Source: Phycisphaerae bacterium | Lineage (GTDB): Bacteria > Planctomycetota > Phycisphaerae > UBA1845 > Fen-1342 | Reading direction: 5' to 3' | Assembly (NCBI GenBank): GCA_050115495.1 | Contig: JASFQK010000008.1 | Coordinates: 32,001 to 96,000 of the forward strand | DNA length: 64,000 nucleotides | Shown: in pieces, positions 9,771 to 20,289 of the stretch | Layout of the letters: each line of letters opens with the position of its first letter | How positions within the stretch are numbered: the first letter of the stretch is position 1 | Position numbers and translations under genes: made by a program | The notes under the pieces: model-generated | What the model was told of the DNA's origin: nothing | Seen by the model: the letters and a program-made list of their open reading frames with translations, nothing else | Database searches by the model: none

Positions 9771-11606
9771 CTACTTCCCGTTCAGCTCGTCGAGATCTCT
9801 CCTGATCTTCTGCAGATCAACCTTCATCACGTACAGGTCCGGTGCACCGTTGCGCGTGCTCATGAAGACGATGCGGCTGCCGTCGGGCGACCAGCGCGGC
9901 TCCATGTTCCGGCCCTGACCCGAGGTTAGCCGCAGCGACTCGCCGCCGGCGAACGGCATGATCCACAGATCCCATTCGCGTTCCGCGAGCGTTCGCCCTT
10001 CACCCACGGAGGCATAGACGAAGCAGGATTCGTCGGGCGCCGGGCTCGCCTGCGTGACGCGCGGCGTGAACGTCAGTTGCGTCGGCTCGCCGCCGCCGAG
10101 CGGCAGCCTCCACACCTGGGCGGTCTTGTCTTCCGGGTTGAGCAGGCTGACCAGCAGGCACTCCTCCGTCTTCGACCAGTGCAGCGGTATCGGGATCCGC
10201 GCTTCGTTCTCGTAGATCTTCGAGAACTCGCCGGAACCGAGATCCAGCACGTAGATTGCGTGAATGGAGCGGAAGGCGATCTTCGGCCCGTCGGGTGACC
10301 AGATCGGGTTGCCGCTGTTCTCGACCGGGACCGACGCCGGCACGATGCGGATGGGCACGCCGCCGGTCGCCGGCATGATGCGTACGACCGAGCCCGCGTC
10401 GCCGTCGAACACGATGTACTTGCCGTCCGGCGAGAAGCGGCCGTGGTGGGCGTGGAACTCGGTGATCCGGACCGACTCGCCGCCGTCGGGGCTCACCCGC
10501 CACAAGTTGTAGTCCTCGCGAGCCGACGTGTAGATGATGTACGAGCCGTCGGGGAACCACTCGGAGTAGCCGTTCAGGTGGCGATCGTCGGTGAGCTGGA
10601 CGAGCGCGGGGGGTTCAGCGGCGGCCTCCTTCTTTTCGACGTTCACGCGGGCGACGCGGAAGCCGGCGAGTTGGTGCTCCATCACCGGCTCGAGGGCGAA
10701 GTGCCGATCGGCTGCTTGCAGGTGGACGGGGACCGTGAAGTATGATGCGCCGCGCACGCCGCGACGGCTCTGACCCTGCTGCGTTTGCACGGCCTCGATC
10801 CACTCCCACAGGTTCCCGTCCTGATCGAACGTGCCGTACGGGCTCTTCGACTTCTCGAACGCTCCGACCGGCGTCCGCCAGTACGGCGGGCCGAGCGTGT
10901 AGCTGCCGCTCTCCTTGTCCTGGTAGTTCGCGGTGTTGCCCGGGTCGGGCGATTGCATCTTGTTGGTCGGGAGCGTGTCGGAGCTGGTGGCGTAGTCCCA
11001 GTAGTTGCCGGTCACGCCGTCGTTGCGATGAAACGCGGCCTTGTACCATTCATCCTCCGACGGGATCACCCACGTCGCGCTCGCCCGGCGGTTGATCTTC
11101 AGCAGCGCCGCATTGTCCATGGCGCCGTTGAGACGATAGGAACCATCTTCGGTCGTGGTGCGGTCCTGGTCGCCGGTCGGCTGCCCGTTGTGCAGCCAGT
11201 TGGCGAAGCGGGCCGCATCGCCCCAGGAGACGAAGTTCACCGGCCGCCTGGCCCAGTCTTCGGCGACGGCATATGTGTAGCTGTCCGGCTCGCCGCTGCG
11301 CGTGATCTGGCAACCCTCGGCCTCCGACGACATGGCCGGGTTGTGTAGCCCGTACGTGTCGGTCCGGGCGACGGCGTTGAGGAATGCTGTGTACTGTTCG
11401 GCGGTGACCTCGAACGTACCCATCTCGTACGCGTAGTCCACCTTGCCGCACCGGCGGTCCTCCCCCAGCCCGCCGGCGCCCTTCCCGGACAGTTCGGGCT
11501 TGTTGCCCGGGTTACCTACCGGGACGGTGTCGATCTTGATCTCGGCGAGCGCACTGGCGGCGAGGCAGAGTATGGCCGCCACAGCAACCAGTCGAATCGT
11601 CTTCAT
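9771..11606 (-). CDS. Secreted FGE-sulfatase (SUMF1/C-type lectin fold) domain fused to a TolB-like PD40 beta-propeller
   Basis: Signal peptide; PSEDEWYKAA, GTFDQDGNLWEW, GFRVAR; repeats FSPDGK, WSPDGPKIAF, WSPDGSRIVF; AAGGAG RBS before ATG 11606. Confidence 0.82.
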   Translation of the reverse strand: MKTIRLVAVAAILCLAASALAEIKIDTVPVGNPGNKPELSGKGAGGLGEDRRCGKVDYAYEMGTFEVTAEQYTAFLNAVARTDTYGLHNPAMSSEAEGCQITRSGEPDSYTYAVAEDWARRPVNFVSWGDAARFANWLHNGQPTGDQDRTTTEDGSYRLNGAMDNAALLKINRRASATWVIPSEDEWYKAAFHRNDGVTGNYWDYATSSDTLPTNKMQSPDPGNTANYQDKESGSYTLGPPYWRTPVGAFEKSKSPYGTFDQDGNLWEWIEAVQTQQGQSRRGVRGASYFTVPVHLQAADRHFALEPVMEHQLAGFRVARVNVEKKEAAAEPPALVQLTDDRHLNGYSEWFPDGSYIIYTSAREDYNLWRVSPDGGESVRITEFHAHHGRFSPDGKYIVFDGDAGSVVRIMPATGGVPIRIVPASVPVENSGNPIWSPDGPKIAFRSIHAIYVLDLGSGEFSKIYENEARIPIPLHWSKTEECLLVSLLNPEDKTAQVWRLPLGGGEPTQLTFTPRVTQASPAPDESCFVYASVGEGRTLAEREWDLWIMPFAGGESLRLTSGQGRNMEPRWSPDGSRIVFMSTRNGAPDLYVMKVDLQKIRRDLDELNGK

Positions 11607-11945
11607 GGTCTCTCCTTGATGTAGGCCTTCCCGTGCGTCGAACACATGTGTCAACCAGCACGGGTTCGCCGCCCCCGAGACATGGCAGTCGATTCCCGAT
11701 CCACAGACAACGTACCGACCCGCCGCCCCGTCGGCAAGCACCAGCCCGGCCCCGCGCTCCCCGTGTGGGCCGTTCTCCCCGGCTACTGTAGGAGCCCGGG
11801 ACAAGACGCCAGGGCCGCCACTGGCAAGACAAGGCAGGCGAACGCCTGACGTTGGCGGCACGCGCTGGCCGCCGCGAGGCGCGATAGATGACCCTACCGG
11901 CGTCCGCAGTCTATCGTGGCGTCCATTCCCGTGGCCCTTTATCGC

Positions 11946-11975
11946 TTGACATGGCCGGCCGCGGCATGCGATAAT
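11946..11975 (+). promoter_or_regulatory. Putative sigma70 promoter
   Basis: TTGACA-N18-GATAAT with an extended -10 TG. Confidence 0.5.
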
Positions 11976-12192
11976 CAACCTAACATGGTCCTGGTGCCAC
12001 GCGCGGGGTGTTGTGTTTGGGAGGTCTATCGGTGCCAGGCCAGCGGTTGACGTGATGGGCGTGGTCGCTACGTTGAGCGACGAGCTTCCCAGAGAGGGTC
12101 CGGCGGGATGATTCGTCGAGCCAAGCATTTGACGATGGGGTCATGGCGGTGATGTGGAACGTGCAGCCCACGCTGCGCTAAGGGGTACAAAC

Positions 12193-12582
12193 GTGGGGAG
12201 AAGATGCGGGTTCTCGTTCTCCTGGAAGCGTGCGAGTGGGCTCTCCGGAGTGAAGAGCAGAATCTCACACAAGACTGGTATTCCTCTCACGCGATCTGGC
12301 CGCCAGCGCAAGATTGGTCGCATCATGACAGGGGGCAAGTGTTTTGTTGCCACTGCGTGCTGTGGAAGTGCTGAGCACCGGGATGTCAGGAGGTTGCGCG
12401 CATTTCGGGATGACGTGCTTCGACGCTACGCACCCGGTCGTCGGTTCATCGGGTGGTACTACAAGTGCGGGCCAGGGTTGGCCAGCATCATCGCGATTGT
12501 TCCATCGCTTCGTCTTCTGTGCCGGATACCGATTGCTGTGTTCGCGTTGGTGCTTCGCGGATGTGGAGTCCGTGGAAGGTGA
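12193..12582 (+). CDS. Small basic protein with CFI-box-CTERM-like C-terminal domain
   Basis: GGKCFVATAC...V..LR.FRD..L.....GR.FI..YY..GP..A motif followed by a hydrophobic tail; GTG start after AGGGG. Confidence 0.72.
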   Translation: MGRRCGFSFSWKRASGLSGVKSRISHKTGIPLTRSGRQRKIGRIMTGGKCFVATACCGSAEHRDVRRLRAFRDDVLRRYAPGRRFIGWYYKCGPGLASIIAIVPSLRLLCRIPIAVFALVLRGCGVRGR

Positions 12583-12624
12583 TGCGTGGCTGCGTATACC
12601 TGTCTGAGACACAGAGGAGGACAG

Positions 12625-13434
12625 ATGATCTACGACGTGACGGCACCAAGCATCGGCAGGGCCGCGCAGAGCAACACGCGATCACGACGCATGACGCACC
12701 CAGGGGCTTCCCTGACAGTCTTCCTGAGCCTCGCAGTGGCTTGCTCGACACAGACTCTCCTTCTTGGCTGTGGGCGGTCGGACACGCAATCGAGTGAGCA
12801 GCGTGAGGCACAGAACGTGCAAGGGGAGCAAGCCGCGTCGAAGCTGGAATCGCCGGTTGCTCCCAGCGAAGGGACCTACACGATCATCCGCTCATCCACC
12901 ATCCCCGGCGTCAAACGCACTGTGGACGTCTGCGTCAGCAAGCGAATCTCCGAGGCGGAGCTCAGGACCATGGCCCTGGAGATCAAAGCCCAAGATCTGG
13001 GACAGTACGAACGCACGTTCATTTCGTACTACCTTCGTGGTATGGAAGTCGGCCACGGAGCGTGGGCAACGACCCATTTCAATCCAGATCTGGAGGTGTG
13101 CATTCTCGGCTTGACAGCAGAGGAAGAGCAGCAGTCGTCGACTTCAAGACCATCGGCCGCCCGGGAGGTCATCGGGTGCTGGCTTGATGACAGGCCGCAC
13201 GCCGGCGGTCGAATCACGATCTTCACCGAAGGCGGCAAGCTGTTTATCGAGCGGGCGTTCAAAGACGGTACGGTTTTGAAGAAGGAACTTGTGGAGAAGA
13301 GATCCCCACTTGGTCGCCGGTTCGATGAGGCGGAGGGGGCATGGGCAGGAAATCACTGGCTCATAGGGGCTGATGGCAACTTACAGCTTCGCGACAACGA
13401 CGGCCTGATATCGACGGCCAAGAAGATCGAGTAA
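12625..13434 (+). CDS. Hypothetical lipoprotein-like protein
   Basis: GAGGAGG RBS; hydrophobic stretch ending LLGC; long ORF. Confidence 0.6.
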   Translation: MIYDVTAPSIGRAAQSNTRSRRMTHPGASLTVFLSLAVACSTQTLLLGCGRSDTQSSEQREAQNVQGEQAASKLESPVAPSEGTYTIIRSSTIPGVKRTVDVCVSKRISEAELRTMALEIKAQDLGQYERTFISYYLRGMEVGHGAWATTHFNPDLEVCILGLTAEEEQQSSTSRPSAAREVIGCWLDDRPHAGGRITIFTEGGKLFIERAFKDGTVLKKELVEKRSPLGRRFDEAEGAWAGNHWLIGADGNLQLRDNDGLISTAKKIE

Positions 13435-13707
13435 GCGGCTTTCGACTAGCGCCGGGGTGATTGCCAGCCTTTGGGAGGGAGTGGTTGCCGCTGCGCCGAA
13501 GGCGATAGCGGCCGACAACCTGAGCCTGGAAGCCGTTCAAGCCGCGTCGCCTCGGCAGTTCACTGCCGACAGCCGGGATGCACGCATCCGCCTGTGTCAG
13601 CTCCGTCGTCGTCAGTGATTCTCGAACGCGGCCACCACCGTTACACTGCCTCACGCCGCTCGTACGTGATGGGAACATACAAGCAAACCGGGACGGGAGC
13701 GCGTGAT

Positions 13708-14577
13708 ATGACGGGAACCATCGCCAGTTCAAACCGGCTCCGTTGTCTGGTCCTCACGATCCTGCCGGCAGTGGCTGCGCTCGGCACTGCGCAGGCGCCG
13801 CCGCCGAGTAAAGCGGTGGACGGGGGGAAGCTGCCGCCGGCGGTGGACTTGCGGCCGCGGTTTGCGGGGGCGGGGCTGACGGTGCGGGCGCAGGGTGGGC
13901 GGAATACGTGCTCCGTCTTCGCCGTCGTCGGGGCGATGGAGTACGCCCTCGCTCGCCACGACGGCACCGGCACGCGGCTGAGCGTTGAGTTCCTCAACTG
14001 GGCGTCCAACGCCGCCACGAACAACTCCGCCGACGGCTCGTTCTTCTCGGATCTGTGGAAGGGCTTCGAAGCCTACGGCGTCTGCGACGAGGCCGACCAG
14101 CCCTACCAGAAGAAGTTCGACCAGCAGTTCCGCCCGAGCGACGAAACGCTGCAACGGGCAGCGCGTCGGCGGGACGCCGGCCTGCGGCTGCACTGGATCA
14201 AGCCGTGGGACGTGACCACCGGGCTGACCGACGCCGAGTTTGTCGAGATTAAGCGCACGCTGTCGCAGAATTGGCCCGTCTGCGGCGGTTTGCGCTGGCC
14301 GAAGAAGGAGCACTGGACCGCCGGCGTGCTCGATATGGCTCCGCCCGAAGGCGTCCGCGACGGGCACAGTGTTCTTCTTGTCGGCTATCGCGACGATCCG
14401 GCCCTCGCCGGGGGCGGCGCGTTCCTGATTCGCAACTCGGGCAAGGGCCAGCCCGAAGGGTGGATGACCTACGAGTACGCCCGCGCGTACATGAACGACG
14501 CGATCTGGATCGAGAGCCCCGCGCCGCCAGCGCGGCCAGCTTCACAGCCGGCTGACGCAGTTCTTCCAAGCGAGTGA
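13708..14577 (+). CDS. Secreted papain-like C1 family cysteine peptidase
   Basis: LPPAVDLR, QGGRNTCSVFA (Gln/Cys), GHSVLLVGY (His), FLIRNS (Asn). Confidence 0.85.
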   Translation: MTGTIASSNRLRCLVLTILPAVAALGTAQAPPPSKAVDGGKLPPAVDLRPRFAGAGLTVRAQGGRNTCSVFAVVGAMEYALARHDGTGTRLSVEFLNWASNAATNNSADGSFFSDLWKGFEAYGVCDEADQPYQKKFDQQFRPSDETLQRAARRRDAGLRLHWIKPWDVTTGLTDAEFVEIKRTLSQNWPVCGGLRWPKKEHWTAGVLDMAPPEGVRDGHSVLLVGYRDDPALAGGGAFLIRNSGKGQPEGWMTYEYARAYMNDAIWIESPAPPARPASQPADAVLPSE

Positions 14578-14836
14578 GGTGGGGAGTCTGGCGATCGGTT
14601 GTTCTCGAAGTCCTCTTGCTCGTTGCGTTTACTGTTGAGAGTCCGCGCGCCGGCCGTGCGCGTCGCTCTGCACATACCGCCTTTCCGGGTGACAGTTGAA
14701 GGGGGATGTTCATGAGCCGATGTGAGGTGACGCGCCCGATTGGCCGAGCATAGTGATAGGCACGATGATCGTATCGGAGCGTGACGACTCGTGTGTGGCG
14801 GATTCCGTATCCGTAACACATGCAGGGGCCAATGCC

Positions 14837-15205
14837 ATGCGCACGATTGACCACCGCGAGAATCTGAGCATCCTGAGGGAGAAGGTTGCGGCGTTTCTTG
14901 AAGGCTGGGCGGCGGCAGTACGCGCGGCCGAGTTGAGTGGGCGTTCACCCGCTTGCCCTGAATACGAGAACTCGCTTCGTTTGCCTGATGATCGGTTCGT
15001 CGCCGTCTTGCAGGGCGAGGGCGATCGAAACGGTGTGACCCTGCAATACTGTGTCGGCTCTGGCTCGCGAGTGAACGTGCGCGGTGAGCCCTTTGACCGG
15101 CACGCTCCTCGTGAGAGCTGGGAATCAATCGCGCGCATGCAGACCCCTTGGGTGGTGAACGCGCTGTTGGTGACGGCGCTCTCCGACTGGAACCGTAGCG
15201 CGTAG
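14837..15205 (+). CDS. Hypothetical protein
   Basis: ORF with plausible composition; start uncertain. Confidence 0.4.
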   Translation: MRTIDHRENLSILREKVAAFLEGWAAAVRAAELSGRSPACPEYENSLRLPDDRFVAVLQGEGDRNGVTLQYCVGSGSRVNVRGEPFDRHAPRESWESIARMQTPWVVNALLVTALSDWNRSA

Positions 15206-15394
15206 CGGTCTCTGCGGCCGCCGCTGCCGCGCCGACTGCGTTCTGCACCGGCCTCAGATGGCAACGAGGCGCGCCTCCCGGTGTGTGGTATGCCGAGGGC
15301 AAAGACGCCGGCAGGTCGGCTTGGCGACAACGGGCTACATGCCCGTGCCCAGGGGTTGGGCATGCCACACTCTGGGACGCTTGCCGGGTCCCTA

Positions 15395-15946
15395 CTACCG
15401 CCGGCGTCCAACAGCCAGCGGCGCGGCGAGCGCCAGCAGCGACAACGTCGCCGGTTCGGGCACGAAGATGGTTCCGGTGCCGTAGTGGACCGTCGCGAAC
15501 TCACCGCCAAGGTCGGTGTCGATGGCGAAGCCTTCGGTGAGGTCGTCCGGCTGACTGTCGGTGAGAATGGTGATGGTTAAACCTACGCCGTGATACTCGT
15601 AGGTGACCGTGGCCAGCAGGACGTCGCAGCCCCAGACGTTCCCGCCGAGCGGTGCGAGACCGGCGAGACCGTCGCCATCGGGGTTCTGGACCGCTGCATC
15701 GAACAGCGGACCGATCGATACACCCGCCACGCCGGCCACGCCCGTGTCCTCGACGATCACGTCCAGGCCCCAACCCACGATGGCCTCCATCTCGGGAATG
15801 TCCGCGCAGATGTCCACGTCCGTCGTCTGGTCTGGTCCGCTGAACGTCGCGTCGGCCGGCACGAAGCACACGTCGATGGCAGCGCTCGCACTGCTGACGA
15901 GACCCACCGCCAGAGACACGGCAGCCAGTTTGCCGAGAGTCATCAT
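15395..15946 (-). CDS. PEP-CTERM protein (cohesin-like beta domain)
   Basis: Signal peptide; C-terminal VPEPATLSLLALAAPLAVGRRR; AGGAGG RBS. Confidence 0.82.
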   Translation of the reverse strand: MMTLGKLAAVSLAVGLVSSASAAIDVCFVPADATFSGPDQTTDVDICADIPEMEAIVGWGLDVIVEDTGVAGVAGVSIGPLFDAAVQNPDGDGLAGLAPLGGNVWGCDVLLATVTYEYHGVGLTITILTDSQPDDLTEGFAIDTDLGGEFATVHYGTGTIFVPEPATLSLLALAAPLAVGRRR

Positions 15947-16070
15947 CCCCGGCCTCCTGCGTTTGGAGAGGACCCCTGGTTGCACACCACATGAGTATAG
16001 CGCACTTCCTGGAGGGACGCCGTAGGTTCGAGTGCGGCATGCCGAAGCCGAAGGCATGTGCAGCCCAGTC

Positions 16071-16110
16071 AAAACAGCCGCCGGCCTCGGCGTAGCGAGA
16101 CCGGCGGCCG
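16071..16110 (-). terminator. Rho-independent terminator
   Basis: GGCCGCCGGTCTCG/CGAGGCCGGCGGCT stem followed by TTTT on the minus strand, just after the stop at 16149. Confidence 0.6.
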
Positions 16111-16148
16111 TCCCTGAGGCGGAGTGGTCACTTCGTCAGCGCGTTCGG

Positions 16149-17285
16149 TTAGCGGCGGCGGCGAGCCGCGAGCAGGCCGGCGAGTGCCAGCAGCGTGAGC
16201 GTCGCCGGCTCCGGAATCGTGGCGACCCACGCCTGCGTGTTGCCCTCGTAGGACCCCACGCCGCAGATGGTCCTGCCGTCGGCGGAGATGCCATAGGCGT
16301 ATTTCAGTTGCCAGCCGGTCAAGTCAAGACCGAGGTCGTTGGTGAGCAGGTCTTGTATTGAGCGCATGCCGTCGTCGGCGGTCCACAGGAACGCTTCGGG
16401 GCCGGACGGGCCGGTGCCGAAGCCGACGATCGTGGAGCCGTCGGCGGAGGCCGCCTTGGCGTCGCTCGAGGTGGCTCCGCCGGGGAAGTCGCCGAGCGAG
16501 ATCATGCCGTCGGCCGCCGTCCAGACGAAGGCCTGCAAGCCGTCGCCCAAGGCGGCCTGGCCCACGATGGTCGAGCCGTCGGCGGAAATGCCGCTCGCCT
16601 GGCTGAAAGTGCCGCCGCCCGCCAGGTACCCCAGACCGGTCATCCCGTCTTCGGCGGTCCAGATGAAGGCCTGCGTCCCTTGATCGCCCTGGCCGAAGCC
16701 TGCGATGGTGAGGCCGTCGGCGGAGATGGCACTCGCCCGGCTGGACATGGCACCGCCCGGCAGGTCGCCCAGCCCCACCATCCCACCGGCCTCGGTCCAC
16801 ATGAAGGCCTCGGGGCCGTACATGGAGAAGCCCTGACCCACGACGATTGAGCCGTCAGCGGAGCAAGCGTGGGCCTGGCTCATCGGGGCGCTTTCCGGCA
16901 GGTCGCCGATGCCCACCATGCCGCCAGTCGCGGTCCAGACAAACGCCTCGTCGCCCAGCAGGCCGCTGCCGCGACCCACGACGGTCGAGCCGTCCGCCGA
17001 CACGCCGAAACCTCGGCTCTGGAAGCCTCCGCCGGCGAGGTCGCCAAGACCGACCATGCCGCCGGTCCAGGTCCAGCGGAAGGCCTCCGGGCCGGACGCG
17101 CTGGTGCCGAAGCCAATGACGGTCGAGCCGTCGGCGGAGACGCCGTAGGCCTGGCTGTCGAAGATGCCGCCGGGCAGGTCACCGAGTCCGATGAAGACGG
17201 GCGCCGTGTTCGCCAGGGCGATGGGCGTCGTCACGATCAGCAAGGCGGCGAGACCCGCCGCCGCGTACCGGGTGCGATTGATCAT
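16149..17285 (-). CDS. PEP-CTERM protein with HAF-family extracellular repeats
   Basis: About 8 repeats of GLGDLPGG...S.A.GVSADGS.VVG...EAF.WT; IPEP-TM-RRRR tail. Confidence 0.88.
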   Translation of the reverse strand: MINRTRYAAAGLAALLIVTTPIALANTAPVFIGLGDLPGGIFDSQAYGVSADGSTVIGFGTSASGPEAFRWTWTGGMVGLGDLAGGGFQSRGFGVSADGSTVVGRGSGLLGDEAFVWTATGGMVGIGDLPESAPMSQAHACSADGSIVVGQGFSMYGPEAFMWTEAGGMVGLGDLPGGAMSSRASAISADGLTIAGFGQGDQGTQAFIWTAEDGMTGLGYLAGGGTFSQASGISADGSTIVGQAALGDGLQAFVWTAADGMISLGDFPGGATSSDAKAASADGSTIVGFGTGPSGPEAFLWTADDGMRSIQDLLTNDLGLDLTGWQLKYAYGISADGRTICGVGSYEGNTQAWVATIPEPATLTLLALAGLLAARRRR

Positions 17286-17594
17286 GGGTGTTTCCCCTTG
17301 CTCCTCAAATCCTCCACGGCCGCGAGTTTGCGGGACGGAGCGGACGCGAGTGGTGCACCGTTCTCGTCGCCGTCCCGTGCTGGCGGCCATACTCCGCCGC
17401 GGGCACGGTGCCCACGGCTACCTCTCATGGCCCCAGCGTATCAATCGCGCCGGGCAGTGTCAAGGAAGTTTCCCGGCACATTCCGGGTACGCTCAGTGTT
17501 CGGTAGATTGTAGCTTGTGCCGATCGCGTAGACCGCTATAATGGCTTGCAAAATAAGCATCTGCGGGAGACGTCGTCTGCCGCCGGAGGTCGGC

Positions 17595-18806
17595 ATGAAA
17601 CCAGAAGACGCCAGTTTCGGACAAGGACCAGACCCACGTCTCCTGTCCGTCGGTGAGGGCCTCGTCCGCGCCATCGGGGCGGCGATCGACGCCGTCCCAG
17701 GTGACCCGCACGGGCCGGCTGAGCTCGCCCGGGCCCTGGGCATCGACCGTGTCCTTGCCAGCCGCGTACTCAAAGCCTCCCACCACAAGGACCCCATCGC
17801 CGCCCTCCACCTCATGCCGGGCCCCGATCCGCTCCGCCGGTTCATTCGCGGCGCTCGAAAACGCGGCGTGCCGGCGGGCGTCGTTCAAAGCGCCGAAGAG
17901 GCCGTCCAGGACTTCGACGACTTCATCCGCAAGGAGGCCGGCGGCCGCAGCGCCCTCGACGCCATGATCAGCACCTGGCTGCCTGAGCGGCGTGCCGCAT
18001 TCGAGCTGCGGCGCAAGCAGAGCATTTTCCGGGCGATCAGCCAGCTCAAAGGCGCGGAAGTCGATCTGTACATGTGCACCACCCTCTTGCACCCCTCCGC
18101 CGACGGCGAGCACCTCGACGTCGCCTGGCTCCGAGGGCTGATCGGCCTGCATCGCCTCCGCCCGAACATCAAGCTGCGCTTCGCCACCCGGCGGATCACG
18201 CGCGACGACAACCGCCGCCAGCCGCAGACGCTGGACGGCGAGCCGCTCGACGGTCTGACCGGCCTGCGACTGGATGCCTTCTGCTCCCAGCCGTTGCCGC
18301 GCATCGAAGTGGACTGTGTCGGGGAGAGCGTGCACTACGTTCTCGCCGAAGACGGCTTCGGCCCGCGCGACGCACACGACGTGGTGCTCGTCGAAGTCTA
18401 CATGTGCGAAATGCGGCGGACGATTCCGCGGGAGATCCAGCCCAAGCGGCACGTCTACGCCGGTGCCTCCGTGCCGGCGAAAGTGCTGCTGTTTGACGCC
18501 CTCGTTCACAAGGACGTCTTCGCGGGCCGGGATCCGTCGCTGCTCTTCTACGACACGTCGTACTGGGGCGTGGCCGATCCGAACGACCCGACGCGGGATG
18601 CCGACCGCCTGGAGCTGTCGGAGACCATCCAGCCGCTCGGCTGGGGAATGGACAAGTTCCGCAGCAGCGAGGAGCCGCGTTACGCCGAGATCCTCCAGAC
18701 TATCTGCCGCAAGCTCGGTTGGAGTTCCGAGGACTTCCGCGGCTACCGCTGCCGCGTCGAATACCCCCTGTACGGCTCGCAGACCGTGATGGTTTGGGAT
18801 TCCTGA
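17595..18806 (+). CDS. Uncharacterised protein with putative N-terminal HTH (paralog A)
   Basis: PAELARALGIDRVLASRVLK; C-terminal FRGYRCRVEYP; GGAGG RBS. Confidence 0.72.
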   Translation: MKPEDASFGQGPDPRLLSVGEGLVRAIGAAIDAVPGDPHGPAELARALGIDRVLASRVLKASHHKDPIAALHLMPGPDPLRRFIRGARKRGVPAGVVQSAEEAVQDFDDFIRKEAGGRSALDAMISTWLPERRAAFELRRKQSIFRAISQLKGAEVDLYMCTTLLHPSADGEHLDVAWLRGLIGLHRLRPNIKLRFATRRITRDDNRRQPQTLDGEPLDGLTGLRLDAFCSQPLPRIEVDCVGESVHYVLAEDGFGPRDAHDVVLVEVYMCEMRRTIPREIQPKRHVYAGASVPAKVLLFDALVHKDVFAGRDPSLLFYDTSYWGVADPNDPTRDADRLELSETIQPLGWGMDKFRSSEEPRYAEILQTICRKLGWSSEDFRGYRCRVEYPLYGSQTVMVWDS

Positions 18807-18945
18807 CTGCGGGCGACGAAGACGGCAACTTGCTCGTCGAATGAGGCCGTGTGTGGCCTGCTGAAGCCTTCGGCGCCGGCATGACGAGCGCCAAGTCGGT
18901 CACATTCTGCGCTGATCCACCCGAGTGTGTTGGTGTGATGGGCGC

Positions 18946-20289
18946 TTAACCTGGCGTGTCGGGGGCCGTACTGCCGGTGAAGTCCAGGGCGATGCGATAA
19001 CCGGCGCGCCAGATCGGGTATTCCTCGTGGCAGCGGTAGCCGATGAATTCGTCCGCGTTCCAGCCGGCCTCCTCGAAGAGGAAGCGGGTCAGTTCGGCCT
19101 GCCGTGGATAGACCGGCGAGGCGGCCGACCCCGTCCCGAAGCCGAGCATCTGAAGCTGCGGGCTGCGCGGCAGGCGCGTCGTCCAGCGATAGGCTATCGT
19201 CTGGAACAGGTTGGGGCCCCACAGATGCACGTCCAGTGTCTGGATCGAGATGCGGGCCAGGTCGCGGTGCAGGTAGACGTCGAGCAAGCCATGCCGCGCG
19301 GGCATGGTGATGATCATCCAGACTTCTTCCAGTTGGGGGCTGCGCAGCGCCGGGTGCGGTGCCGGCTCCGTCGGCCGGTTCGCCGTGACGATATCGACGG
19401 CGTCGCCGGGGGGCAGGTCGACGACCTGCCACAGGTGTGTTTCGTCAGGGTTCTGCGCGTGCACGGGGGTGAGCCGCATCGCATCGCCGCTGCTGAATTG
19501 GGGGAGCAGGGGATTGCCGGGCCCGAGCGGCTCGTTCTGGAGCGTGGCGAAACGCGCGGAGAACGAGCGCGTGTGGAACAGCACCAGCGGCAGGGCCTCC
19601 GGCCCTGCGCGATGGCCGATGTAGCCAAACGCGCTGACGTACTCGACCTGTCGCGGGTTGTCCGGTACGGGGCGAATGGCCTGGAGCGCGACGAACGTTT
19701 CCGAGGAACGTCCGACCACGCCGCTGGCCAGCTCGAATAGCCGCCGGCGGCCGGTGGGCTCGAGATTCCGCTCGCTCACCAATTCCCGTGCGCTCGTCGT
19801 CTCTTCCGCTGGCGGCGGCGGCGTTGTAGTCCGCGGCGTGCGCAGTCGGCGGCAGAGCTTCGCCTGGCTGCCGGCGAGTCGTTTCACCATCGTGCGGAAA
19901 CGCTCGACGGTGGCACTAGCCGCAGCCAGCGCGTCGTTGTCGCCCACGATCCGGCTTAGCGCTGCGATGAACAGCCGCATGCCGCGCACGCCCGGCAGAC
20001 CGAGTAGCACATCCGCGCCGGTACCCGGTCGGCGGATCGTGTTCAACACACGCTGGCACGTGGCCCGGTCGATTTCGAGATGTCGGCAAAGCTGACTGGC
20101 TCCCGACGCCGCCTCCGGCGGCACGAGCCGCACAAGCGCCCGCAAGTCGGCGTGCAGACGCTGGCACATCTGTGTGACTTCGGCGTGTTCGGCAGCGGAA
20201 AGGGGAACGGAAGCTCGACGTCGCGCACCTGCGGACGCAGATGTTGAGTCCGGCGAGGATTCGGTCTGATTGTCTCCCGCCAGCGACAT
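18946..20289 (-). CDS. Uncharacterised protein with putative N-terminal HTH (paralog B)
   Basis: SQLCRHLEIDRATCQRVLN; C-terminal FIGYRCHEEYP; start could alternatively be 20409. Confidence 0.7.
   Translation of the reverse strand: MSLAGDNQTESSPDSTSASAGARRRASVPLSAAEHAEVTQMCQRLHADLRALVRLVPPEAASGASQLCRHLEIDRATCQRVLNTIRRPGTGADVLLGLPGVRGMRLFIAALSRIVGDNDALAAASATVERFRTMVKRLAGSQAKLCRRLRTPRTTTPPPPAEETTSARELVSERNLEPTGRRRLFELASGVVGRSSETFVALQAIRPVPDNPRQVEYVSAFGYIGHRAGPEALPLVLFHTRSFSARFATLQNEPLGPGNPLLPQFSSGDAMRLTPVHAQNPDETHLWQVVDLPPGDAVDIVTANRPTEPAPHPALRSPQLEEVWMIITMPARHGLLDVYLHRDLARISIQTLDVHLWGPNLFQTIAYRWTTRLPRSPQLQMLGFGTGSAASPVYPRQAELTRFLFEEAGWNADEFIGYRCHEEYPIWRAGYRIALDFTGSTAPDTPG

Noticed and set aside
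11607..12128. N-terminal extension of the FGE-TolB ORF to 785 aa
   Set aside because: The signal peptide and AAGGAG RBS point to a start at 11606; the extension looks non-coding.
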